From an uncultured delta proteobacterium (lineage in GTDB: Bacteria; Desulfobacterota; Desulfobaccia; Desulfobaccales; 0-14-0-80-60-11): a stretch of 64,000 nt of DNA. This document shows positions 55,305-63,935 of the stretch, piece after piece. Position 1 is the stretch's first letter. Every line of letters starts with the position of its first letter. A model generated the notes under the pieces. It was not told the origin of the DNA. It made no database searches and worked only from the letters and a program-made list of their open reading frames with translations. Position numbers and translations under genes: made by a program. The stretch lies in assembly GCA_963812015.1 (NCBI GenBank), contig CAWETI010000002.1:559361-623360 (forward strand). The letters are read 5' to 3'.

Positions 55305-56502
55305 GTAAGACTCCCAAGAGTTTGAACAGGTCGGCAAAACGGTGCTCCCAGGTGTGATCCCGAAGGCAGCGTTCCCGAACCCTTTGACGAATGAGGGCTC
55401 CCTCCTCCGGTTGTTCCAAAAAGTATCTAATTTTTGATAAACAATCAACTTTGCTGCGGTATGTTATTATCTCCTTACCCACTTCGTAAACTCTATAGAG
55501 ATCGGGTTGATCACTAGTGAGATAGAGATGCCCGCACATGGGCACCTCAAAATCCCTCCCCTTCAAGCACATCTCCTTCATGGAGTAGCCAATCCCGGAA
55601 AACCCCAGATTGATCCGGGAACGAGCGTAAATCTCCACCATCTCCTGTTCGGTCACCGATCCCCGGGGCCAGCCAGGACCGAAGGCCTCGATCTTTACCC
55701 CGTTCTTTCTTAGATACTTTATATAATCGGGTCGCTGGCCATAGCAGGCTCCCACAAAGGTTACGTCGAATTCGAAGGGCCGCAGCAAGGGGCGGAAATG
55801 GTCTGGATTGGCACCCTCAGGCCAAAAGATTGCCAACCCCCCTTCCGCAAAATATTTGATTAGCGACGCCGGAGCGTTGGTCAGGTTCAGGTCATAGGCA
55901 GCAGCCAATGATGCTGGACCACTCCAGCGGCCCCCCGCCTGCCTGCCGCGAAAGCTCAGGCGGTCATCCCAATGGAAGGCGCAGGTGATGATGCCCATAT
56001 GGGTGATGGCCCGGATGGTTTCCGGGGCCACATGCCAGCCGCTAAGATAAGAGATGAACACATCCACCGGTTGCTTCTTATGCTCAGCCTTAACAAAAGA
56101 CAGCAAGTCTTTATCAAAATTATCTCTTTGCGCCAGCCAGCCATCCTTTCCCGTCAAAAAGCCATGTTCTTTTAAGGAATAAACCACATTTGGTCCAAAT
56201 TTTCCCAAAGCAGGCGGAATCTGATGCGGCTCCCAATTGGACATTTCTGAAGCATAAATAGTGCGTAATTGGCCCAGCACGCGATGAAAAGGCTTGATAC
56301 CGCGTTGCTGTAGACGATATTGCAGCTCTAATTTCACTTGCTCTTTATCTAAGATTATTATTTTTCGTTGATGTGCCAACCTCTCATAAAATACTTGTTC
56401 TTTTTTTATTCGTTTTTCCTGATTTTTTGCCTTTATTATGCTCCAAAAGTAATTAAATAGCGCCAAACCTTTTAATTGTTGAATTACTGATCGGTTCAGC
56501 AT
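55297..56502 (-). CDS. CgeB-like glycosyltransferase, second copy
   Basis: 401 aa with RDFEVPMCGHLYLTSDQPDLYRVYEVGKEIITYRS. Confidence 0.6.
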   Translation of the reverse strand: MLNRSVIQQLKGLALFNYFWSIIKAKNQEKRIKKEQVFYERLAHQRKIIILDKEQVKLELQYRLQQRGIKPFHRVLGQLRTIYASEMSNWEPHQIPPALGKFGPNVVYSLKEHGFLTGKDGWLAQRDNFDKDLLSFVKAEHKKQPVDVFISYLSGWHVAPETIRAITHMGIITCAFHWDDRLSFRGRQAGGRWSGPASLAAAYDLNLTNAPASLIKYFAEGGLAIFWPEGANPDHFRPLLRPFEFDVTFVGACYGQRPDYIKYLRKNGVKIEAFGPGWPRGSVTEQEMVEIYARSRINLGFSGIGYSMKEMCLKGRDFEVPMCGHLYLTSDQPDLYRVYEVGKEIITYRSKVDCLSKIRYFLEQPEEGALIRQRVRERCLRDHTWEHRFADLFKLLGVLHD

Positions 56503-56775
56503 TTTATAAAAACTCTAATATTTCTTAAAAGTAAAGTAAATCTCTGGCGTTAGGGATAATTCTATGGTTCTTCCTGCTTTGTTTCTGGATGGATAGTTCG
56601 TAAAAGGGTTGGATTCGCAATTTACCGAAAATCGCGTGAATATCTGGTTTGAGCATACCCCCGGGTCAAAAGGCCTTGCCCTTCAATACGAATAGGAACT
56701 GACCTGTCGTAGACCGACCCTAACCTTGGAAAGAGAGGCTCATGATTTCTCTAGATCGTTGGATTTTATAACAGT

Positions 56776-57174
56776 TCAGGTCTGAAAAAGGGCAATAGTG
56801 GTTCCCCGCCGGCGCCGCACCCCAGGATGGGTCAAAGCAAACTCCCGAATTGCCCGGATCACCCCGAACCACCAGGCGGTGTGTCGGGAATCATGCCAAC
56901 CGGTCCAGCCGCCGGGCCGCCATAATTTCAGGTCTTCCTGGGTGTCCTTCAACACGTAGGCATAGTCATGGCAGGCATCCACCCAGACAAAGTTACACTG
57001 CTGATACCAGGGCGAGAAATCGAGGGTCTGGGAATCACCATAAAGCTGAGTAATTTTATACGCTTCGGGAGTATTCCGATAAGCGTCGCCAATGTTATGC
57101 GCCTCCTGTTCGCCAAGTTGACGGATTCTCTCATGAACTTTCGGTGAAAGCGAACGGGCATCAACCTGTTCCAT
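56776..57174 (-). pseudogene. 5'-truncated class I methyltransferase fragment (Methyltransf_24-like C-terminal half)
   Basis: It has FVWVDACHDYAYVLKDTQEDLKLWRPGGWTGWHD, but no GxG SAM motif upstream. It abuts the IS-end-like repeats. Confidence 0.5.
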
Positions 57175-57336
57175 GAAAATTAGTTTACAATAATTTCCGC
57201 TAAATGAGAACTATTTAATGAACTGGGTAATAAATGCTTTGAGTAATAACCCTGGATTATGCAACAGAATATAATGGAAATACATATAACTAACTGATAT
57301 AAAGAGATATATTTAGTAAGAAGGGGGTCTAAGATT

Positions 57337-57423
57337 TGACTAGCCCCCAAATTTGGACTGGAGCTGCCCCCTTTTTTGGACCATTTTGAGTGAGAAAATT
57401 TCGCTTTTTGGACTAGCCCCCAA
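57337..57423 (+). repeat. Stack of IS-end-like motifs (TGNNNTNGCCCCC followed by A/T run and TTGGAC), including an exact 13-bp direct repeat
   Basis: The motifs are tgactagcccccaaatttggac, tggagctgcccccttttttggacc and tggactagcccccaa. The exact repeat gactagcccccaa occurs at 57338-57350 and 57411-57423. Confidence 0.5.
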
Positions 57424-57452
57424 TGACCTGCCCCCGATAGTTGTACCAAGTT

Positions 57453-58358
57453 TTAAGTTAGAATTGGGGTCAAGTCAAGCCAGAGATCCTGGCGGAGCAT
57501 AGCGTAGCCAGGATCTCTGGAAATCACCTGGATGGCCTCGGGTGCGGGTGGCCGATAACCCAAGGCGCTGTGAGGCCTTGCCGTATTGTATTCCCGCCGC
57601 CAGCGTTCTATAAGGATCTGGGCCTCCTTCAGGGTGGTGAAAATCTCCCCGTTGAGCAACTCATCCCGCAGTTTTCCATTGAAGCTCTCGTTGTAGCCAT
57701 TCTCCCAGGGACTGCCAGGTTCAATGTAGAGCGTTTTGACTCCTACTCGGCTTAACCACTCCCGAACCGCCCTGGCCGTAAACTCCGGCCCGTTGTCTGA
57801 TCGGATATAGTCTGGTGGGCGCCGTGACACAAACAGCTCTGTCAACCGATACAACACCGCATCTGCATCAAAACGCCGGGACACCTCGATGGCCAGGCAT
57901 TCCCTGGTGTACTCATCAATGATGGTGAGCATTCGGAAAGCTTTGCCATCGTGAGTCCGCGCCATCACGAAGTCATAGGACCATACATGGTTCGGCCAGC
58001 AGGGCCGGAGACGAACACAAGATCCGTCGCTTAACCACAACCTGCCCCGCTTTGGCTGCTTCTGGGGCACCTTCAGCCCTTCCTGTCGCCAGATCCGTTC
58101 CATTCTTTTATGGTTCACCACCCAGCCGTCACTTCGCAGCAACGCCAGGATACGGCGATAGCCGTATCGCCCATACCTGCTGGCATGGCCAATGATGGCC
58201 GCAGTCAGCCCCACCTCGTCATCAGGCTCGGTGGCTTGGTAACGCTGGGTCGCACGCGGTTGCCCAATCACCCCGCAGACACGGCGTTCCGACACCGGCA
58301 GAGCCTTCCGGATATGCTCAATGCATTGCCGCCGACGGGTCGGGCTTAGAAGTTTCCC
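57453..58358 (-). CDS. IS3-family transposase OrfB (integrase core), expressed by -1 frameshift from orfA
   Basis: The -1 frame is open from the slippery site. It reads [16 protein letters not shown].., then the rve core ([23 protein letters not shown]). The ORF track lists 57453-58295. Confidence 0.85.
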   Translation of the reverse strand, partial: GKLLSPTRRRQCIEHIRKALPVSERRVCGVIGQPRATQRYQATEPDDEVGLTAAIIGHASRYGRYGYRRILALLRSDGWVVNHKRMERIWRQEGLKVPQKQPKRGRLWLSDGSCVRLRPCWPNHVWSYDFVMARTHDGKAFRMLTIIDEYTRECLAIEVSRRFDADAVLYRLTELFVSRRPPDYIRSDNGPEFTARAVREWLSRVGVKTLYIEPGSPWENGYNESFNGKLRDELLNGEIFTTLKEAQILIERWRREYNTARPHSALGYRPPAPEAIQVISRDPGYAMLRQDLWLDLTPILT

Positions 58359-58624
58359 CTTACCGCCTCCTGGAGGATCAGTTTATCCAGTGTGAGATCC
58401 GATACCGCCCGCCTCAGCCGGGTATTCTCTTGCTCCAGGGCCTTGAGGCGCTTGGCCTGCTCTATCTTTAAACCACCATACTCCCGGCGCCAGCGATAGA
58501 AGGTCTGTTCGGCAATACCCAGGGTTCGGCAAACCTGGCCCACCGTCTCCCCCTGGGCCAAGGCCACCTCTGCTTCCCGCAACTTCCCAATGATCTGCTC
58601 CGGCGTATAACGCTTCCTGCTCAT
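58346..58624 (-). CDS. IS3-family transposase OrfA (HTH)
   Basis: 92 aa. [42 protein letters not shown], then a leucine-zipper-like end. Confidence 0.9.
   Translation of the reverse strand: MSRKRYTPEQIIGKLREAEVALAQGETVGQVCRTLGIAEQTFYRWRREYGGLKIEQAKRLKALEQENTRLRRAVSDLTLDKLILQEAVRGNF
58352..58358 (-). promoter_or_regulatory. Candidate -1 programmed frameshift heptamer G_GGA_AAC
   Basis: In the orfA frame it reads ..agG GGA AAC ttc taa. The orfB frame reads GGG AAA CTT. It fits the X_XXY_YYZ rule. Confidence 0.55.
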
Positions 58625-58687
58625 CTCCCTGCCTCCCTTCGATCCACTACTCTAACTTAACATGTGGATCAGTTTTTGGGGGGCAGG

Positions 58688-59365
58688 TCACCACTCATGG
58701 CGGTAGGGCAAAGCATCCAGAAAGCCATATCCTTGCCAACCGTCGGTTTTGACCACCACTTCTTCCACCAGACGCTCCCTTACCAGGGCCTGAATCTCCT
58801 GGGCGCTGACTCTCGGGACGATGTGCATAACGGCAAATCTGGGCTTATTTTTCGGGGTTTCCACCGCCACTACCACTTTGGCCTTGCCGGCGGCGCCGCG
58901 GCCGCGCTTCTCGGGCTTGGGAGCCCCGAAGTAAGTGTCGTTCATCTCAATTAAGCCGGCGAGTTTATAATTAGCATCCCGGTCGGCCAGGGCTTTGCGA
59001 ATCTTGTGGCCCATGGTCCACACGGTTTTGTAGGTCTTGATCTCCAACATCCGTTGCATCGACAGCATGGAGATGCCGCTTTTCTGGCGTCCCATCAGCC
59101 AGATCAGCCAAAACCATTTGGTTAAGGGGGTTCTGGTCTTGTGAAACACTGTGCCTGCGGTCAATGAAGCTTGGTAACCGCAGGATTTGCACTGATATAA
59201 GTGGCGCTTACTGTGAAAATAAGCTTCGGCTTGACCACAGCGAGGGCACTTGAAGCCTTCGGGCCAACGCAACCGAAACAATTGTTTCTGACAGGCTTTC
59301 CCAGTACCAAACTTTTTCTGAAATTGCAGCAGACTGAGAGTTTTCTGTTGCATGATTTTGCTCAA
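58688..59365 (-). pseudogene. 3'-truncated IS1595-family transposase. Its stop codon is supplied by the first 3 nt (TGA) of the IS3 terminal repeat.
   Basis: 225 aa ending ..LPYRHEW*. The TGA at 58690-58688 is the start of TGACCTGCCCCC. Confidence 0.8.
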
Positions 59366-59419
59366 ATTTGTTATTCTATTTAATTATAGCATATGGACCG
59401 GAGCAAAAGCAATAAGCAT
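58691..59419 (-). mobile_element. IS1595-type insertion sequence, copy 2, truncated by the IS3 element
   Basis: The left end ggagcaaaagcaataagcat is at 59400-59419. The right part, including the C-terminal third of the transposase, is missing. Confidence 0.75.
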
Positions 59420-59568
59420 ATTTATAAATTGACAGAACGTTTTCTTGCGAAGAAAAGATATGTTTCTTTTTCAAATATTCTTCGATATCCTATGCCCATA
59501 GCCACCCCATTTCAACTACGGAATGGACAACCTCGATATCTAATTCGAGAGACATAGGGAGCTATCAA

Positions 59569-60591
59569 GTGGAAATCATTGCAAAGTCCAAAACCGTTAT
59601 TAAGAACTATTTTATAAAAATAATTAAGCTTTTGGCTGACCCTATTGTTACATTTTTAACAAAACGGGTAACTTATGAGGTTATTCAATTTATACCACCA
59701 TTAATTGAGTTCTATAATAGTTCAGATAAGGATAAACAGTCCTACTACGACCACACAAAAAATCCTCTCGATAACCTGCAAGTATATGAAAATTTAAAGC
59801 AAAGATTAGTTGCCCTTAATGTTCCCGTAGAAGATTTTAGCATAGATATATCTGATTTTGAAAATTGGTTAAAATCATTTCCTGAAGTTGCGAATAGTTA
59901 TAGAGGCATGGGGGATGTATTTATAGAAAAATGTCTGGAGCATTATTTATCTTATCGTCTTCTAAATATAAAGAATAATGATGTTTATATCGATATAGCA
60001 GCTGCGGGAAGCGACTTTGCAGATATTTTACATAGAAGTATGGGGGTGAAATCATACGTTCTTGATTTAACTTACCCGGAAGGTGTACATGGCAACAAAA
60101 TCGGTGCTGATGCGGGAGCCACGAAGTTGCCTGATAAATTTGCTAACGTTCTTTCTCTTCATTGTGCATATGAATGTTTCATGGGAGATGCTGATATCAG
60201 ATTTATAAAAGAGGCTTCAAGAATATTGGCCCCAAAAGGCCGTTATTTAATCGTTCCACTTTATATGGATGATGTATGTTTTGTGGCGACAAGTCCGTTT
60301 TGTAATCAAAAGGAAATTACAATAGAAGATGAAGCATTGAAGGTTTGGCGAGATGATAAATATATTGTACCTTTCTCCCGTCACTATTCTCCAGAAGCCT
60401 TTAAGAGAAGAATCTTTTCAGTAATTCCAAGTGACATAAATGCAAAAGTAATATATATACAAAACATTGCAGATGTAATTAAATATTTCGGTAATCAAAG
60501 GATATACTGCTTTTTCACGTTTTATTGTGAGAAGAAAGATATCAATTATACACAACAGAGCCTTGTAGCTACCCCCTCACCCACTCGATAA
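59569..60591 (+). CDS. Hypothetical protein, weakly methyltransferase-like
   Basis: 340 aa, low GC, GTG start with GGGAG upstream. YIDIAAAGSDFADIL and ASRILAPKGRYLIVPL resemble SAM-MTase motifs I and post-II. Confidence 0.5.
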   Translation: MEIIAKSKTVIKNYFIKIIKLLADPIVTFLTKRVTYEVIQFIPPLIEFYNSSDKDKQSYYDHTKNPLDNLQVYENLKQRLVALNVPVEDFSIDISDFENWLKSFPEVANSYRGMGDVFIEKCLEHYLSYRLLNIKNNDVYIDIAAAGSDFADILHRSMGVKSYVLDLTYPEGVHGNKIGADAGATKLPDKFANVLSLHCAYECFMGDADIRFIKEASRILAPKGRYLIVPLYMDDVCFVATSPFCNQKEITIEDEALKVWRDDKYIVPFSRHYSPEAFKRRIFSVIPSDINAKVIYIQNIADVIKYFGNQRIYCFFTFYCEKKDINYTQQSLVATPSPTR

Positions 60592-60787
60592 CAGATAAAC
60601 AAAATAAGCATTATTGTTTATTTGTGCTAAAATCTATAATATCCCCCCTCATTTCACTTGCCATTAAATTCGCCTTTAATGTTAATATATATTTTATACC
60701 TATAGTTGTGTTGCAACTATACTTGACAATAAATTAACATCCCTTAATGATAACATTATCACGACAACTAATAAGGGGGTGTTCTTT

Positions 60788-60943
60788 ATGTCTAAAGGCT
60801 ATTTAGTCGATTTCAAGGAATTGAAAGGCAAGATGTCAATGGAAATGCTTTTGATACATTATCAGTTGTTTGACAATCTAAAGCTGTCGGCTGGCAACTT
60901 TGTCGGTTGCTGTCCGATACACAAGGGGAGTAATGTCCGATAA
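60788..60943 (+). pseudogene. Fragment of a CHC2 zinc-finger (primase-type) protein, cut off by an IS end
   Basis: My translation is MSKGYLVDFKELKGKMSMEMLLIHYQLFDNLKLSAGNFVGCCPIHKGSNVR*. There is a strong AAGGGGGTG Shine-Dalgarno sequence. The ORF ends 1 nt before the solo IS3 repeat. Confidence 0.45.
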
Positions 60944-60973
60944 CATGTGGATCAGTTTTTGAAGGACAGGTCA
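60944..60973 (-). repeat. Solo IS3-type terminal inverted repeat
   Basis: catgtggatcagtttttgaaggacaggtca matches 58661-58690 (catgtggatcagtttttggggggcaggtca) at 27/30. Confidence 0.7.
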
Positions 60974-61095
60974 GGTCAGCCTTCGGTGGCACTTTTGTCA
61001 GCAAATAATCTCTCCGAACTATTTCCGCCTTCTCTCAGCCACCCTCGACCCTCCTCCCCTTCAAAAAACCGCTTCGAACCTGGCCCTCTCACATC

Positions 61096-62565
61096 TCATG
61101 AATAATGCGGGCTAACTATGTTTGATATTTTAACAATAACCCAAACAATAAAAAATACGATCAGACCTTGACGTAAATTCAGGGCGAAGTACATACCCAT
61201 GAAGCCATTAAAACAAATCAGTCCGTCTAGTATTGAAAAGAAGGAAAATTTGAAGGCCAGGGAAGTTCCCGTGGCCATATAGCGCCATAAAAGGCCATGA
61301 CTGAAGCCGATCATCCAAAAGGCCAAAAAAATTCCCCAAATTCCGGCATCAGCTAAGGCTGATCCAATCATAGTAGTATTTTGATTAAAGTTTTCCATAT
61401 GGAAGTGTCTTATAGTTACCAATCCAGGGTGTTCCTTCGGAAACGGCAGAATTGGTTCGGGGATGGCGGTATATGCTCCCCAAAAAAATTCTTCCCCCCA
61501 CATATACGGAATCCCTTTCTGTTCGTGTAGGGCAAAGATGGCCGCTGGCACTTCAATGGCATTGAATCTATAACCAAAATCATTTTCGATCCGATCGGAT
61601 GTTTTTGTCAACGTGGCCCGATCTTTTAATATATTGGCGGTCAACTCCATTCTTTCATTAATAGATATGCCTGTTCCCTGCAGATCCTTATTTGACTGAT
61701 AAGCTGTTCTGACACCAGTTATTATTAAAAAGAGACCAGATAAGATAATTATTGACCATTTAAATAAATCCATTAGATTTCTTTTATTTATCAATTGATA
61801 CGTTAAGATTGCAATAATTCCCATATCCACGCCGAAAATTCGCGAATTTATCAGGAATAATATCATCACTGCTATAGACGCTGCTACAATCGCAATTATT
61901 TTATAGCGATAATCACCTTTATAATAAGTCAGTACAATACAACCTATGCATAAGCCAAATAAATTATACCAAAGAAAAAATATTGCTTTCATCGGATAAC
62001 TATAACTCATCATGGCTTCTGCGTTAAGACCAATCGCAGAAATGCCAAATTTTATCGAAGTATATAAATATACCCCAGCCACCATTGGAAATAATACAAT
62101 TAATAAGATATGAGAATAATGCTGTAACTCAGTGACTTTTGGAAGTCTTAATTGTAGGGGAATATGTCCAATACCCCGGCCATAGCCTAATTCATAGCCG
62201 AGGAAGGCTAGGGGGGCGACCAGATAGATTATCCAGTAATAATCCAGAGCTCCCCAATTAAAATATAATTGAGTCCCCCCGCTTAAGGTCGGCAAGGAGC
62301 CGATAATAATCCAAACAAACGCCGTGGTCTGAAATATTGGCCTCAGACTTATTAAATATTGTTCCCACGCGTAGCGGTTGCTCCACATCCAACGAAACGC
62401 CAGAACTGTGGAGAACAGAACCCCGCTTCCAAGACATAAAGTTTGGAAAATATTAAAGGGGGAAACCAACATGGCATAGAATGTAATAATTATAGCCACA
62501 ACCCCAGTAAATACCAAGGACCGGTAGTTAATGGTTAAAACATTATTATTTTTTAAAGGTCTCAA
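61096..62565 (-). CDS. Polytopic membrane protein, O-antigen/EPS polymerase (Wzy)-like
   Basis: 489 aa with at least 11 hydrophobic segments and one larger loop. It has low GC and a polysaccharide-locus context. No motif-level proof. Confidence 0.55.
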   Translation of the reverse strand: MRPLKNNNVLTINYRSLVFTGVVAIIITFYAMLVSPFNIFQTLCLGSGVLFSTVLAFRWMWSNRYAWEQYLISLRPIFQTTAFVWIIIGSLPTLSGGTQLYFNWGALDYYWIIYLVAPLAFLGYELGYGRGIGHIPLQLRLPKVTELQHYSHILLIVLFPMVAGVYLYTSIKFGISAIGLNAEAMMSYSYPMKAIFFLWYNLFGLCIGCIVLTYYKGDYRYKIIAIVAASIAVMILFLINSRIFGVDMGIIAILTYQLINKRNLMDLFKWSIIILSGLFLIITGVRTAYQSNKDLQGTGISINERMELTANILKDRATLTKTSDRIENDFGYRFNAIEVPAAIFALHEQKGIPYMWGEEFFWGAYTAIPEPILPFPKEHPGLVTIRHFHMENFNQNTTMIGSALADAGIWGIFLAFWMIGFSHGLLWRYMATGTSLAFKFSFFSILDGLICFNGFMGMYFALNLRQGLIVFFIVWVIVKISNIVSPHYS

Positions 62566-62735
62566 TTGTTATCGTTTGCCCTTTTTGCAGGAGTGTATTC
62601 TTTTAATTTATTGCCAGCCACAGAGTCCACTTGATACTGCTCCCAAAATTAACCACGCTATAAACGTCTTTCGAACTATCACTTTTTTAAAATAACAATA
62701 ACATTAGGATCACCCGGATTAGAGGATATCTCTAA

Positions 62736-63911
62736 TTATGTCTTATTGTATAAATTATTTATGTGTATAAATAAATTATCTAAATATCTATAAATCTTGT
62801 AATTATCATTAAATAGATTTATGGCTCTGGATTGATAATATGAATAGTTATTTAATAGATCATCAATTTTGTCTTTTATCTGGGTCACATGATTTATGCA
62901 AGCCCCACAATGATATTTTTCAATTAGGGACCTCAAACTTGCCAAATTGGAGGCTATCACTGGAACGCCACATTGGAGATAATGGGCCAATTTACCTGAT
63001 GACAGGCCAATCGTTTCCACATTTGGCATGAAGGGATCATACAATACCAGGCCGATATCCGCCGAACTATAAACCAAATCGACCTTATCAAAGGGCACGG
63101 GGTTGAGAGAAAGCTTTATCCTGCCATTTTTATAATTTTCATGTTGCAGTATTTCCTGGACAGCATAGTACTTCTCATCAGATTCATCGCGTTTGACATG
63201 AAAGATGAGCACCCAATCATCCGGCCATTGGGAAACGGCGTCTGCCAGTTCCCGGGATAGCGTATATCCCCCCAAAGCCCCGGCATGCAAGATGATGGTG
63301 TGCTCTGGCGGGATGCCAAATTTTTCCCGGAAAAATGACGACCTCTGAATTCTCGCCTCCCCTAAAGGGGAATTGGGGATCAGGCAGACCTTGGCCGGAT
63401 CAGGCCTTAGGCCATTGCTGGCAAAGAGGAGACCCAGGCGCGTTTCATCCTGGACGATGGTGAGCGCCACCCAGGCATGGGCCCAGCGTTCCAGAAGTTT
63501 TAGGGCCTTGGCTTGCGGAGAGTGCAGGTCGTCCCAGGTGTAGATTTCCAAAGAGAGATAGATCATGGGGGCCCGCAAGGATGGCTGCGCCAGGGCCGCG
63601 GCCACCAGTCCCGCTGCATCTGCCGCAATGACCGCATCATATTTTTTCCTTTTAAAGTGTTTCCAGTGTTTTAATACAAATAATACCGGCAATGGCGCCC
63701 CGCGGCCGTAAATGCTCTGACCATCTTCCACCCTAAAACTGTACATCTGGACGTTGGGCTGCTGAAAATGGTACAGGTCACGAGGAAAATAATTATTGTA
63801 AACGTGGTAAAAATCGATATTAGCTCCTTTGGCCGCCAAAAAATCAACCAGGGCGATCAGGGAAGGGATGGTCATGAAGTGACCGAAGGGAAAAAAGATG
63901 GCTAAGTTCAT
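62736..63911 (-). CDS. GT-B fold glycosyltransferase
   Basis: 391 aa. The C-terminal half has LHAGALGG..DIGLVLYDP..GLSSGKLAHYLQCGVPVIAS, typical of GT1/GT4-like enzymes. Confidence 0.65.
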   Translation of the reverse strand: MNLAIFFPFGHFMTIPSLIALVDFLAAKGANIDFYHVYNNYFPRDLYHFQQPNVQMYSFRVEDGQSIYGRGAPLPVLFVLKHWKHFKRKKYDAVIAADAAGLVAAALAQPSLRAPMIYLSLEIYTWDDLHSPQAKALKLLERWAHAWVALTIVQDETRLGLLFASNGLRPDPAKVCLIPNSPLGEARIQRSSFFREKFGIPPEHTIILHAGALGGYTLSRELADAVSQWPDDWVLIFHVKRDESDEKYYAVQEILQHENYKNGRIKLSLNPVPFDKVDLVYSSADIGLVLYDPFMPNVETIGLSSGKLAHYLQCGVPVIASNLASLRSLIEKYHCGACINHVTQIKDKIDDLLNNYSYYQSRAINLFNDNYKIYRYLDNLFIHINNLYNKT

Positions 63912-63935
63912 GAACTGTCCTAAATCAGGGTCAGG

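Larger units (their letters stand above)
57424..58690 (-). mobile_element. IS3-family insertion sequence, apparently intact (1267 bp)
   Basis: The ends are TGACCTGCCCCC..TAAGTTAGA (57424 onward) and its inverted counterpart ending at 58690. It has orfA and orfB in the -1 arrangement. Confidence 0.85.

Noticed and set aside
60597-60614. A possible additional IS1595-type end (cagataaacaaaataagc).
   Set aside because: It matches the consensus end at only about 10/18 in an AT-rich context, which is not distinguishable from chance.
61540-61560. A sigma-54-like TGGCAC-N5-TGGCA motif.
   Set aside because: It lies on the plus strand inside the minus-strand Wzy-like gene, with a mismatch in the -12 element and no downstream gene to serve.
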